Part shown: positions 10,014 to 19,519 of the stretch, piece by piece | Numbering within the stretch: position 1 is the first letter of the stretch | How the letters are laid out: every line of letters starts with the position of its first letter | NCBI GenBank assembly: GCA_963744995.1 | Contig: CAVUWA010000003.1 | Location: 32,001 to 96,000, forward strand | DNA: 64,000 bases | DNA from: Candidatus Eiseniibacteriota bacterium | GTDB taxonomy: Bacteria > Eisenbacteria > RBG-16-71-46 | Direction: 5' to 3' | Notes under the pieces: model-generated | The model's input: the letters and a program-made list of their open reading frames with translations, nothing else | What the model was told of the DNA's origin: nothing | The model's database searches: none | Made by a program: the position numbers and the translations under genes

Positions 10014-11417
10014 TCAGAACTGGAAGTAGATGAACGGGCTCGTACCGAGCGGGGCGAACATCAGGATGAGTACGAATCCGCCAATGAGCAGCACCCAGCC
10101 CGCGGGGCGTTGCAGATCGGGCAGCAGCTCACGATCACGCCGGAGCACGACCGTCACGTGGAGCAGCACGGCGACGAGGATGATGACCATGGCCTGCAAG
10201 TAGAACCAGCGCACACCGCCCGGTTCCAGAAACGCCATCTTGCGCAGCACGACCGCCGCCGTCTGAAAGTCCGGCGACCGGAAGAACACCCACGTGACGA
10301 GCACGAACAGGAATGTCCCGGCCCACGAGATCAGCCTTCCAGCCACCGTGCCCGGCCGCGCCTGCGGCCCCCGCCATTCGAGCCACAACTTGTGGAGCGC
10401 AAGAGCGGCGCCGTGCAGGGCGCCCCACACCACGAACGTCCAGGCCGCGCCATGCCAGAGCCCGCCAAGCAACATGGTCACGGCCAGATTCGCGTAGGTG
10501 CGCCCCCGGCCCTTCCGGTTGCCGCCAAGCGGGATGTACAGATAGTCGCGAAGCCACGTCGACAGCGTGATGTGCCAGCGCCGCCAGAACTCGGTGACGT
10601 CGAGGCTCCGGTACGGGTGCCTGAAATTGACCGGGAACTCGAAGCCCAGCATGCGACCGAGGCCGACCGCCATGTCGCTATAGCCAGAGAAGTCGTAATA
10701 GATCTGGCCCGCGTATGCTACCACCGCGAGCCACACCACCGGCGCAGTGAAGTCTCCGGGGTGCGCCCACACGTGATCGACGAACACCGCAAGCGTGTCG
10801 GCGAACAGCACCTTCTTCATGAAGCCGCGGAAGAAGTGCCGCGTGCCTTCCCGGATGTTCCACAGCGACAGCGGATGAATGCGATCCAGCTGGGGCATGA
10901 ACCACGAGCCGCGCACGATCGGCCCGGCGATCAGCTGCGGGAAGAACGCAATGAACAGCGACAGGTCTCGCAGGCTGCGGCTGGCGCGCAGCTCGCCGCG
11001 GTACACGTCGATCACGTAGCTCATCGCCTGGAACGTGAAGAACGAAATACCCACCGGCAGCACGATCGCAAGGTGCGGAATCCGAATCCCCGCACTCTCC
11101 AGCAGCGGCTGCAGGGATTCGATGAAGAAGTTGGTGTACTTGAACGCGACGAGCACGCCCAGGTTGGAGACAACGGCGACCACCAGACCGATCCGACGGC
11201 CGCGCTCCGTCGGCGCCCGCTCGATCCACCGCGCCGCGTAGTAGTCGATCGCAGTGGTGCCGAACATCAGCCCGCAGAAGCGCCAGTCCCACCAGCCGTA
11301 GAAGATGTAGCTGGCCACCAGCAGCGTGTTCCGCCGTGCGCTCTCGCCGCGCAGCAGGGCCAGCAGGCCGAGGACCACGGCCAGGAAGACGAAGAACTCG
11401 GACGACGAGAAGATCAA
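10014..11417 (-). CDS. MBOAT O-acyltransferase (AlgI/PatA-like)
   Basis: LPVGISFFTFQ, FFPQLIAGPI, DFSGYSDMA, FWRRWHITLSTWLRDYLYIPLGG, GLWHGA, terminal FIYFQF. Confidence 0.93.
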   Translation of the reverse strand: MIFSSSEFFVFLAVVLGLLALLRGESARRNTLLVASYIFYGWWDWRFCGLMFGTTAIDYYAARWIERAPTERGRRIGLVVAVVSNLGVLVAFKYTNFFIESLQPLLESAGIRIPHLAIVLPVGISFFTFQAMSYVIDVYRGELRASRSLRDLSLFIAFFPQLIAGPIVRGSWFMPQLDRIHPLSLWNIREGTRHFFRGFMKKVLFADTLAVFVDHVWAHPGDFTAPVVWLAVVAYAGQIYYDFSGYSDMAVGLGRMLGFEFPVNFRHPYRSLDVTEFWRRWHITLSTWLRDYLYIPLGGNRKGRGRTYANLAVTMLLGGLWHGAAWTFVVWGALHGAALALHKLWLEWRGPQARPGTVAGRLISWAGTFLFVLVTWVFFRSPDFQTAAVVLRKMAFLEPGGVRWFYLQAMVIILVAVLLHVTVVLRRDRELLPDLQRPAGWVLLIGGFVLILMFAPLGTSPFIYFQF

Positions 11418-12433
11418 CGGCGGAGTTTCCCGAGTGCGGCTGCCAGATCGCGGCCCACGACGCCGTGCCCGCGCGCGTTGATGTGTCCCTTCCCGATCAG
11501 CGAGTTCGGAAAGCCGTGCACGGGCTGGCCGGTGGTCTCAACCGAGGCGACGAAGTCGTCCGCGACGTCGACCAGCGTCACCCCGTTGCGCGCTGCGAAC
11601 TCGTGATAGAACCGGCGCCGATCCGGGTACGACACGTGCGGCGGACCGTCGAAGTATGTCATGCCCGGGATGTACACGTAGATGATCGGCATGCCGGTCG
11701 CAGCCAGCCGTGACTGAACGCGATCCAGGACGCCTGCGACGCGCGGGTCGATGGGTGCGGTCGGCAGGTACAGCGGTCGTCCTTCGAATTTGTGCCTGAG
11801 CCGCGCCGTCTCGTGCATCGTCAGCTCTTCGACGCGATTCCGCAGCATCTGCGCCAGCGCCGAGGTACGAAGCACCGCCCGCGCGAGCCTGGCCGGCAGC
11901 GAGAGCGGACCAGCCCGCGACTCGGGCGGCTTGATGGAGCCGTCCGGACGCAACCGCTTGACGATGTCATCGAGGTCCCCGTCGTTGACGACGACCACCA
12001 CGGCGTTCGGGTGTACGGACGGGATCAATCCCTCGAGCGTCGCCGCGTAGTCGAGCGGCGAACGCCCCGACAGGCCGGCGTTGACGACCTCCACCCCCGG
12101 TTCCAGCGACTCGGCGACCGAACAGAAATCCAGCCGCCGCGGCACCTGCAGCGCCTCTGCGTACGAGTCCCCCAGCAGCAACGCCCGCAGCGGCGGTGGC
12201 GGCACGCGCAGCTCATCGTCGAACTGGCCGAGGGCGTTGGTGCGCTGGCGGCTGTAGCCCTCGGTGCTGTGGACCACGAGCACGTGCGGAGGCATGACGA
12301 AACCGAATGCTGGGTCGGGGATCGCTTGGGAAGGGGACGCCAGCCAGGTGCGTACCACCAGTTCGGCCGCGAGCGCCAGCACGGCGATTGCCGGGAGGGC
12401 CCTGACGACGGGCCAGCGTCGCACGGGGATCAT
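11414..12433 (-). CDS. SGNH/GDSL hydrolase-family protein (AlgJ/PatB-like partner)
   Basis: N-terminal TM segment, LLGDSY block I, NAGLSG, GHINARGH; TTGA overlap with the MBOAT gene. Confidence 0.78.
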   Translation of the reverse strand: MIPVRRWPVVRALPAIAVLALAAELVVRTWLASPSQAIPDPAFGFVMPPHVLVVHSTEGYSRQRTNALGQFDDELRVPPPPLRALLLGDSYAEALQVPRRLDFCSVAESLEPGVEVVNAGLSGRSPLDYAATLEGLIPSVHPNAVVVVVNDGDLDDIVKRLRPDGSIKPPESRAGPLSLPARLARAVLRTSALAQMLRNRVEELTMHETARLRHKFEGRPLYLPTAPIDPRVAGVLDRVQSRLAATGMPIIYVYIPGMTYFDGPPHVSYPDRRRFYHEFAARNGVTLVDVADDFVASVETTGQPVHGFPNSLIGKGHINARGHGVVGRDLAAALGKLRR

Positions 12434-12648
12434 GCGACCATCTGCTGGAGAGCGTGGGGGTATGGAAACACAGCCGACTATTATCGCGGATCGAACCGTG
12501 GGCCCGCCAGGCGAAAGACGCGGTCCCGCCCGTGGCACGCAATCGTACTTTCGGCAGACCGTCCCGTGCCCCTGCTCGCAGGGCATGGTCGCGCGTGCTA
12601 GCGTCGGCGCGCGTCCCGGCGCGCGGTGGCGATCCCCTGGAGACCCGA

Positions 12649-14881
12649 TTGCTCGAGACCTACACGCACTGGCTGCACACGCAGTGGCCGGCCGGCACGG
12701 TGGAGAAGCTGCCCGAGGTCCGCGCGGACGGCTCGACCGGCGTCCCCGGCGTCTACGTGGCGGGCGACCTCACCGGCGTTCCGCTGCTCAAGTTCGCGCT
12801 CGACACCGGAGCGCGGACCGTAGGGACGATCGCGGCCGATCTGGCCGGCGCCGCCCCTGTCGCCGGGGCGCACGACCTGGTGATCGTCGGCGGCGGCGTC
12901 GCCGGAATGGCGGCGGCGATCGAAGCGCAGCGCCACGGGCTGGACTTCGTCGTGCTGGAGGCCGCCGAGCCTTTCGCGACGCTCGTGAACTTCCCGCGCG
13001 GCAAGCCGATCTTCACCTATCCGCACGACATGACACCGGCCGGAACGCTCCAGGTTCATGCCGACGTCAAGGAAGCGCTGGTCGCGGAGCTGCGCGCGCA
13101 GACGGCACGTGCGGGCATCCGCATCACTCACGGGCGCGCCGAGCGCATCGAGCGCGCGGGCGCCGGGCTGCGCGTGCGCCTGGAGGACGGCGCCATCCTG
13201 CGGGCGCGGCGGGTGCTCGTCGCCATCGGCCGCAGCGGCGACTTCCGGCGCCTCGACGTGCCCGGGGAGGGTCTCGACAAGGTCTACAATCGCCTCCACG
13301 ATCCGGCCGACTTCCGCGGCCGGCGCTGCCTCGTCGCGGGCGGCGGCGACGCGGCTGCGGAGACCGCCATCGCGCTCGCTGAGGCCGGCGCACGCGTGAC
13401 CCTCGCCCACCGCGGCGCGGCGCTCGTGCGCCCCAAGCCGGCCCTGCTCGAACGCCTGCGCGGGCTCGCCGGCGGCGGGACGGGCCGTGCGGGAACGCTC
13501 GAGATCCTGCCGCAGCACACCGTGCGCGCCATCCGCGAGCACGAGGTCGATCTCGCCGGTCCGGACGGAGCGACGACGATCGCGAACGACGTCGTGTTCA
13601 CGATGATCGGTCGCGAGGCGCCGCTCGACTTCTTCCGCCGCTCGGGGCTCGCGATCGCCGGCGAGATGACGCGCCGCGCGCTGGAGCGCGCTCGCGCTGT
13701 TCGTCGCCTTCTGCGCGTGGCTCTACAACTGGAAATCGGGCGGGTGGATGTCCGACCTCTGGTACCGGCACCACTGGTTCCCGACCAACCTGCCGCAGCT
13801 CCTCGCCGGGATGGGCGCGAACGTCACCGCGGCCGCCGCCGACCCGCGGACGCTGCCCGGCACGCTGGCGATCAGCGCGAGCGGCCCCGCGTTCTGGTAC
13901 ACGCTCGCCTACTCGCTGATCGTGGTGATCTTCGGCGTGCGGCGCATCCGGCGGCGCAGGACCCCGTACGTCACCGCGCAGACCCTCACGCTGATGGCGA
14001 TTCAGGTGATTCCGCTGTTCCTGCTGCCCGAGGTGATCCTGCCGCTGCTCCACCACCACGGGCTGATCCCTGCGGCGCTCAACGACGCCCTGTTCCCCGC
14101 GGTGAACTACGGGCACGGGCGCGAGTTCTGGCGCGCCTACGGGCTGATCCTGGCGTGGCCGCTCGACGTCTACAACATCTTCACCCACGACCCGCTGTGG
14201 TGGTGGATCGCGATCGGCGCGCTGCAGACCCTGGTGCTGATCCCGCTCGGCATCTACTTCTTCGGCAAGGGCGTCTACTGCGGCTGGATCTGCTCGTGCG
14301 GCGCGCTGGCCGAGACGCTGGGCGACACGCACCGCGAGAAGATGCCGCACGGACCGCTCTGGAACCGGCTCAACATGGTCGGCCAGGGGATCCTCGCGAT
14401 CGCGGTGCTGCTGCTGGTGGTGCGGATCGCGGGCTGGGCGCTGCCCGAAGGCAACGCCGCCGCCGCCGTGTTCGACACGCTCAAGGACCGCTACAAGTGG
14501 ACCGTGGACGTGTTCCTGGCCGGCGTCGTCGGCTACGGGTTCTACTTCTGGTATTCGGGTCGCGTGTGGTGCCGGTTCATGTGCCCGCTCGCCGCGCTCA
14601 TGCACATCTACGCGCGCTTCAGCCGCTTCCGCATCCTCGCCGACAAGAAGAAATGCATCTCGTGCAACCAGTGCACGACGGTGTGCCATCAGGGCATCGA
14701 CGTCATGAACTTCGCCAACAGGGGCCTGCCGATGGCCGATCCCGAGTGCGTGCGCTGCTCGGCGTGCGTGCAGGCGTGTCCGACCGGCGTGCTCGCCTTC
14801 GGCCAGGTGGATCGCGGGGGCCGGGTGATCTCGGTGGACTCGCTGTTCGCCTCACCGGTCCGCATGCGCGAGGAGCGCTGA
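12649..14881 (+). CDS. FAD/NAD(P)-dependent oxidoreductase fused to a NapH/MauN-like membrane 4Fe-4S protein (one apparent +1 frameshift near 13681)
   Basis: TTG start after GGAG; VPGVYVAGD, GGGVAG, AIGRSG, GGGDAA; then TM helices, CGWICSCG, CRFMCP, CISCNQCTTVCH and CVRCSACVQACP. Removing one base joins ...GEMTRRA to WSALALFVAF.... Confidence 0.8.
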
Positions 14882-14916
14882 GGGCGGCGGCGGTCGCGCG
14901 GCCGGTCAAACAACGA

Positions 14917-14949
14917 GCGGGCGGCGCTTCCGAGGGAATCGCCGCCCGC
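14917..14949 (-). terminator. Intrinsic terminator downstream of the cold-shock gene
   Basis: GCGGGCGGCG...CGCCGCCCGC stem followed on the minus strand by TCGTTGTTT; lies between convergent genes. Confidence 0.65.
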
Positions 14950-14969
14950 CGTGGTTCCGGAGTCGCACT

Positions 14970-15182
14970 CTAGGCCGAGGCTTCCCCCCGCCGAACGTTC
15001 GCCGCCTGGAGCCCTTTGGGTCCCTGCGTGATCTCGAATTCGACGCGCTCGCCTTCGGACAACGTTTTGAATCCCTCTCCCTGGATCGCCGAGAAGTGCA
15101 CGAAAACGTCCTCACCACCCTCCTGGGAGATGAAGCCAAAACCCTTGGCATCGTTGAACCACTTCACCGTACCCTGAGCCAC
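14970..15182 (-). CDS. cspA: Cold-shock protein
   Basis: [26 protein letters not shown] start with AAGGAG RBS. Confidence 0.96.
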   Translation of the reverse strand: MAQGTVKWFNDAKGFGFISQEGGEDVFVHFSAIQGEGFKTLSEGERVEFEITQGPKGLQAANVRRGEASA

Positions 15183-15365
15183 TTGCTGCTCCTTCGCTGC
15201 CGGGATGCGTGTCCCGTTGGTACTTCCGAGCGACCGGCGGGCCGCTGCGGGGGGATGACGTCGATACCGCCCGCGGCCCCAAATGAAGCAGCCGCAGGCA
15301 ACGTACCCGCGGCTGCGACACAAGAATTGTGTTGGTATCCGCATGGGTGCTGCATCGACGCGGTA

Positions 15366-15395
15366 ATTCTCGCAGCCTCCCACGAAAGCGGTCAA
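15366..15395 (-). promoter_or_regulatory. Putative sigma70 promoter of cspA
   Basis: TTGACC-N18-GAGAAT with TG extension on the minus strand, about 180 nt upstream of the start. Confidence 0.45.
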
Positions 15396-15425
15396 GCACC
15401 GATTTGACGCGGCCCTCCGCGTTCG

Positions 15426-15935
15426 TCAGTTGAGGCCCAGCAGCTGGACCTCGAACACCAGGGTGCTGCCGGGCGGAATCACCGGCGGATACCCCCTGGC
15501 GCCGTAGGCCATGTCGGGCGGAATCGTGAGCTTACGCTTGCCGCCGACCCGCATGCCCTGCACGCCCTCGTCCCAGCCCTTGATCACCTGGCCCTGCCCC
15601 AGCGTGAAGCTGAACGGCTGGCCCCGATCGACCGAGCTGTCGAACTTCGTGCCGTCGGTGAGCCAGCCGGTGTAGTGCACCGTGGCCTTCATGCCCTTCT
15701 CGGCGACGGCGCCGTCGCCCACCACCAGATCCTGATAGACGAGTCCGTTCGGCAACTTGACCTCCTCCGCGGCCGGGGCCGCCGCGGCGGCGTCCGCCTG
15801 CTGGTCCATGGCCGCGGCCCCCGTGTCGGCGGCCGTTCCGCCGTTCCCGGCTGCAGGCATCTGGTTCTCAGCGGACTGCTGGCACCCCGCGGCGGCCAGC
15901 CACAGGACCGCCACGAGTGCGACGATTCTCGACAT
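15426..15935 (-). CDS. FKBP-type peptidyl-prolyl isomerase lipoprotein
   Basis: Lipobox [39 protein letters not shown]. Confidence 0.95.
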   Translation of the reverse strand: MSRIVALVAVLWLAAAGCQQSAENQMPAAGNGGTAADTGAAAMDQQADAAAAAPAAEEVKLPNGLVYQDLVVGDGAVAEKGMKATVHYTGWLTDGTKFDSSVDRGQPFSFTLGQGQVIKGWDEGVQGMRVGGKRKLTIPPDMAYGARGYPPVIPPGSTLVFEVQLLGLN

Positions 15936-16101
15936 GTTCTCTCCTCTCGAAGGACGGTCATGGAACGTCCGGGTGCGCGCACGCTGCCACAATCACTGCG
16001 TCGCTTCAAGACCCGCGCGCATGCTACCATCGTCGGCCGGCGCGGCCCCCCGCCCTCCGTGCGCCGCGATCGTCAGTGGATCCCCGCCAGCCGAGAGGCG
16101 C

Positions 16102-18036
16102 ATGTCCAGACGCACGCCGCCATGTCTTCCACCGCCCCACCCGGGTGTCACGGCGGGCGCCCTGCTGCTCCTCGCCCTCGCCGGTGCGGCGGCGGCGCGC
16201 GCGGACGGGGCCGCGCACGTCCGCGCCGCGGCCATCGCGCGCGCGACCGGGTTCGAGAACGTGAGCGTGCGCGGCGCGGGCGACTCGCTGCGGATCGCCT
16301 TCGAAAACCGGCGTTACCGACACAGCGCCGAGGCGCTGGGGGTGCTCGCGGCCGCGACCGATCCCGGCGCCGCGTTCGTCGTGCGGCGCCTGGGCCTCGA
16401 GGACGCGGTCGTCACCCGCGGCCCGGCGTCCCGGCACGGATGGATCGAGCGACTGGCCGGCGCCGCGCAGGACACGGTGTTCCGCGTCCGCTACCCGAGC
16501 GACGACCCGTTCTGGCCCGCGTTCCATGCGGTCGGGGCCGCGCCCACCACGCGCACGGTCGATCTCGAACTGGGCCCGCGGCTGGCATACGAATTCGGCC
16601 GGGTGCTCCAGCCGTTCGTGTTCAGCCTCGATCTCGAGCCGCGCCTGCGGTACGTGCCCTGGAGCGGCGCGCGCGCCTCCGCCTCACTGCTCGTTCCGAT
16701 TCACAACGACTTCGAGCGCACCGAGCTCAACCCGGACGTCGGACGGGTGAGGCCCGGCACCATCGGGCTCGAACAGTTCTTCTGGATGCCGGGGCTCGCG
16801 CTCGGCAGCGCCCATGTCGGCTACTTCGGCGCGAACCGCTACGGCGGCTCGATCGGCTTCGCGCGGCCGCTCGGCGGCGGCCGCTGGCTGGTGGATACGC
16901 AGCTCGATGCGACCGGGTTCGTCTCCTTCACCCAGGGCGAGGTCCAGTACTCGGATCCGACCCTGCTGACCGGATTCACCTCGCTCACCTGGCACGCACC
17001 GGTGTACGAGCTGTCGCTGCGCGGCCGGGCGCAGTGGTTCCTGTTCGGCGATCGCGGTGTGGAGCTTCAGGTCAGGCGCGAAATCGGCGATCTCGGCGTC
17101 GCCTTCTACGTCCAGCGCATCGAGGGAGACCGCATCCAGGGCGTGCGCCTCGACATCCCGGTGCCGCCCATGGTGCGCAAGGGCGGTGGCCCCGTGCGGG
17201 TGCAGCCGGTGGAGCGTTTCCCGTTCACGTACGACGATCGCGGGCGGGCCATCGGCTCCGCACTCTCGGGAGTGGCTTCGCGCGAATCCTATCTCTCGCG
17301 CCTCGACGAACCGTCGCTCGATGCGGGGGCGGACCGGTACCGCCGTGCCGAGTCGGGCGGCACGACCGGATCCGCGGGCGGTCCCGCGGCATGGGTGTCG
17401 CTCTCCGGCATGAGCGGCTTCGCGACGACGCCCTGGGCCGGCACGATCGGCGACCGGCAGATGGAGGTCGGTTACAGCTACGTGCCCAAAGACTGGGCCT
17501 TCGACCACCGCGGCGAGCATCCCAACGCCTACTACTACGGCACGATCGGCTTTCTGCCGTCGGTCGAGGTCCAACTGCGCTGGACGCAGATCGTCGGCCT
17601 GCGTGACTTCGAGGCCATCGTGCCCGACTCGCGGCTCGCCGATCTGGACCGCACGGCCAGCGCCAGGCTGGCCCTGCGGGAGCCCGCCGACGGGCGTCCC
17701 GGGCTGGCGGTCGGGATCGATGACCTGGTCGGAACCCGGCGCTTCCACTCCACCTACGCCGTCGCGGGCCTTCCGGGCCGAATTTTAGGCGTGCATGGCC
17801 GCGCCGCAATCGGTTATGCTCCTACCGCTTTCGCAGCTCCCCGCCATGTGCTCGACGGCGTTTTCGGCGCCTTCGAGGTACAGCCATGGCGAGCCCTGAG
17901 GCTTCAGGTCGAGCACGATTCCGAGAAGTGGAACGCAGGCATTGGAATCGAGCCCGGTTTCGGTTTCCGTCTCAGGGTGGTCGCGCTCGATCTGGAGAGC
18001 TTGAGCGCTGGAGCGGGCTGGTCCTGGCCGCTCTGA
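16102..18036 (+). CDS. YjbH/GfcD-like outer-membrane beta-barrel protein (two YjbH-like halves)
   Basis: Signal peptide; FENRRYRH; alternating beta-strand pattern; second half opens with SGMSGFATTPWA; aromatic C-terminus. Confidence 0.65.
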   Translation: MSRRTPPCLPPPHPGVTAGALLLLALAGAAAARADGAAHVRAAAIARATGFENVSVRGAGDSLRIAFENRRYRHSAEALGVLAAATDPGAAFVVRRLGLEDAVVTRGPASRHGWIERLAGAAQDTVFRVRYPSDDPFWPAFHAVGAAPTTRTVDLELGPRLAYEFGRVLQPFVFSLDLEPRLRYVPWSGARASASLLVPIHNDFERTELNPDVGRVRPGTIGLEQFFWMPGLALGSAHVGYFGANRYGGSIGFARPLGGGRWLVDTQLDATGFVSFTQGEVQYSDPTLLTGFTSLTWHAPVYELSLRGRAQWFLFGDRGVELQVRREIGDLGVAFYVQRIEGDRIQGVRLDIPVPPMVRKGGGPVRVQPVERFPFTYDDRGRAIGSALSGVASRESYLSRLDEPSLDAGADRYRRAESGGTTGSAGGPAAWVSLSGMSGFATTPWAGTIGDRQMEVGYSYVPKDWAFDHRGEHPNAYYYGTIGFLPSVEVQLRWTQIVGLRDFEAIVPDSRLADLDRTASARLALREPADGRPGLAVGIDDLVGTRRFHSTYAVAGLPGRILGVHGRAAIGYAPTAFAAPRHVLDGVFGAFEVQPWRALRLQVEHDSEKWNAGIGIEPGFGFRLRVVALDLESLSAGAGWSWPL

Positions 18037-18143
18037 TCTGGAGCAAAGCAAGCTGAGGAGCTCCCAGGACGGGATGCTCGACCGGCCCAGGGAAGGCGAG
18101 CATCAGCGCGACGCTCACGCGTCGTGAGCACGGAGACCGCCTC

Positions 18144-18515
18144 ATGCGCCTTGCCCACCGCCTTCCGCGACTGCGTCGCGGTCTGTCGCTTCTCGCCTTG
18201 TTCGCCCTGCTCGGCTTCGTGGCCGTCGGCCTCAGCCAGTGCAAGGCGGTTCAGGACAACCTCACCGGCGTGAGTGCCGGCCTGGCCAAGGCCGGGCCCG
18301 GCGGCTGCATTTCGAAATGCGCCAGGGACTACGCCGACTCGAATCGCGTCGAGATCGAACTGCACGTCGCGAACGTGCAGGGCTGCGACGGAGACCCGGT
18401 CTGCGAGGCGCTCGAGGAAGCACGCCACGAAGCCGCCGTCGATCGCATCGTCGCCGGCCGCGAGAACTGCTTCAACGAGTGCCGCTACCAGAGCGGCGGG
18501 ACCGGAGGTCAGTAG
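18144..18515 (+). CDS. Small Cys-rich putative lipoprotein
   Basis: GGAG RBS; hydrophobic signal ending GLSQ-C; mature part has CISKC, CDGDPVC and CFNEC. Confidence 0.75.
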   Translation: MRLAHRLPRLRRGLSLLALFALLGFVAVGLSQCKAVQDNLTGVSAGLAKAGPGGCISKCARDYADSNRVEIELHVANVQGCDGDPVCEALEEARHEAAVDRIVAGRENCFNECRYQSGGTGGQ

Positions 18516-18550
18516 TCGAAGTCAGGTTCCCCCCCGCATCTCCGTGCACG

Positions 18551-18580
18551 CGCGGGCGCCTCTTTCGAGGGGCGCCCGCG
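18551..18580 (+). terminator. Terminator-like hairpin
   Basis: CGCGGGCGCCTCT-TTCG-AGGGGCGCCCGCG followed by TCGTTT. Confidence 0.65.
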
Positions 18581-18724
18581 TCGTTTCCTGGACCCTGAGC
18601 CGGGGCTCAAGCCTGCCCGCCCCGCTGCCGAAAACCCCACGAGGAAACGGAGGCCCGATGCCCGGGCATTGCGAGCCGTCGCCGCAGTGCGGGTGCGGAT
18701 TCCGGTACCGAAGGGAGGCCCCCG

Positions 18725-19180
18725 GTGGGCGACGTCAACAAGGTCGTGGTGCACTACACCAGCGGCCGGCTCCTCAAAGGAACGACGCAGGACTTCTTCC
18801 CCAATCGGCCGCTGTTCCACATGCAGCCGGTGGAGGGGACTCCTGCCGAGGAGGTCCGGATCAAGGACCTCAAGGCGATCTTCTTCGTCAAGAACTTCGA
18901 AGGCAACGGCACACGCAGGGATCTGCGCGGATTCGTGGCGGCGCCACCCGAGACCTCGCAGGGCAAGAAGATCGCGGTGCAGTTCAAGGACGGTGAGCTG
19001 CTGTGCGGCTATTCGCTCTCCTATTCCCCCGAGCGGCCCGGATTCTTCATGTTCCCGGCCGATCCCGGCAGCAACAACATGCGCGTGTTCGTGGTGAAGG
19101 TCGCGACGCAGGACGTCAAGGCGGGACCCGCGGCCGACGTGCTCGCGCAGAAGGTGATCGACCGCTCGAAGGCGGCGTAG
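18725..19180 (+). CDS. Internally duplicated small beta-barrel protein (DUF6982-like)
   Basis: Repeat units KVVVHYTSGRLLKG and KIAVQFKDGELLCG; LKAIFFVK; GGAGG RBS. Confidence 0.75.
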   Translation: MGDVNKVVVHYTSGRLLKGTTQDFFPNRPLFHMQPVEGTPAEEVRIKDLKAIFFVKNFEGNGTRRDLRGFVAAPPETSQGKKIAVQFKDGELLCGYSLSYSPERPGFFMFPADPGSNNMRVFVVKVATQDVKAGPAADVLAQKVIDRSKAA

Positions 19181-19355
19181 GCGATCCGCGTGCATCGAGC
19201 GAAGCCCGGCGCCACGCGCCGGGCTTCTTCGCTGCCGGTTGCGGCAGCGGCGCGTGCGGCTTCGCCCGGTTGCGGCACGCCCGCTTCTCGGCTAACGTCG
19301 GTGGCCGCTTCGTCGTTGCGGGGTTGGGCCCGCTCCACCGTCACCCGAGGATGCC

Positions 19356-19457
19356 ATGACCGCCTACAAGATCCGGCTGAACCGCAAGCGCGCCAAGCAG
19401 GCCGCGAAGAAGAAGAAGGAAAAGGCGCGCGCCGCGAAGAAGAAGGGCCGCCGCTAG
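19356..19457 (+). CDS. 33-aa highly basic small protein
   Basis: MTAYKIRLNRKRAKQAAKKKKEKARAAKKKGRR; GAGG RBS; almost all codons end in G/C; upstream TTGCGG-N17-TAACGT. Confidence 0.7.
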   Translation: MTAYKIRLNRKRAKQAAKKKKEKARAAKKKGRR

Positions 19458-19519
19458 GAGTCCGCCGGCGGCACGGTCCGCGTGCTCCCGCCGCAGGGCC
19501 CGGCTCAGCTCGGCTCGGC

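Noticed and set aside
18040..18053. GG-N10-GC as a sigma54 site; leader as a known riboswitch or SRP RNA
   Set aside because: Flanks match the consensus poorly and no recognisable riboswitch or SRP core is present.
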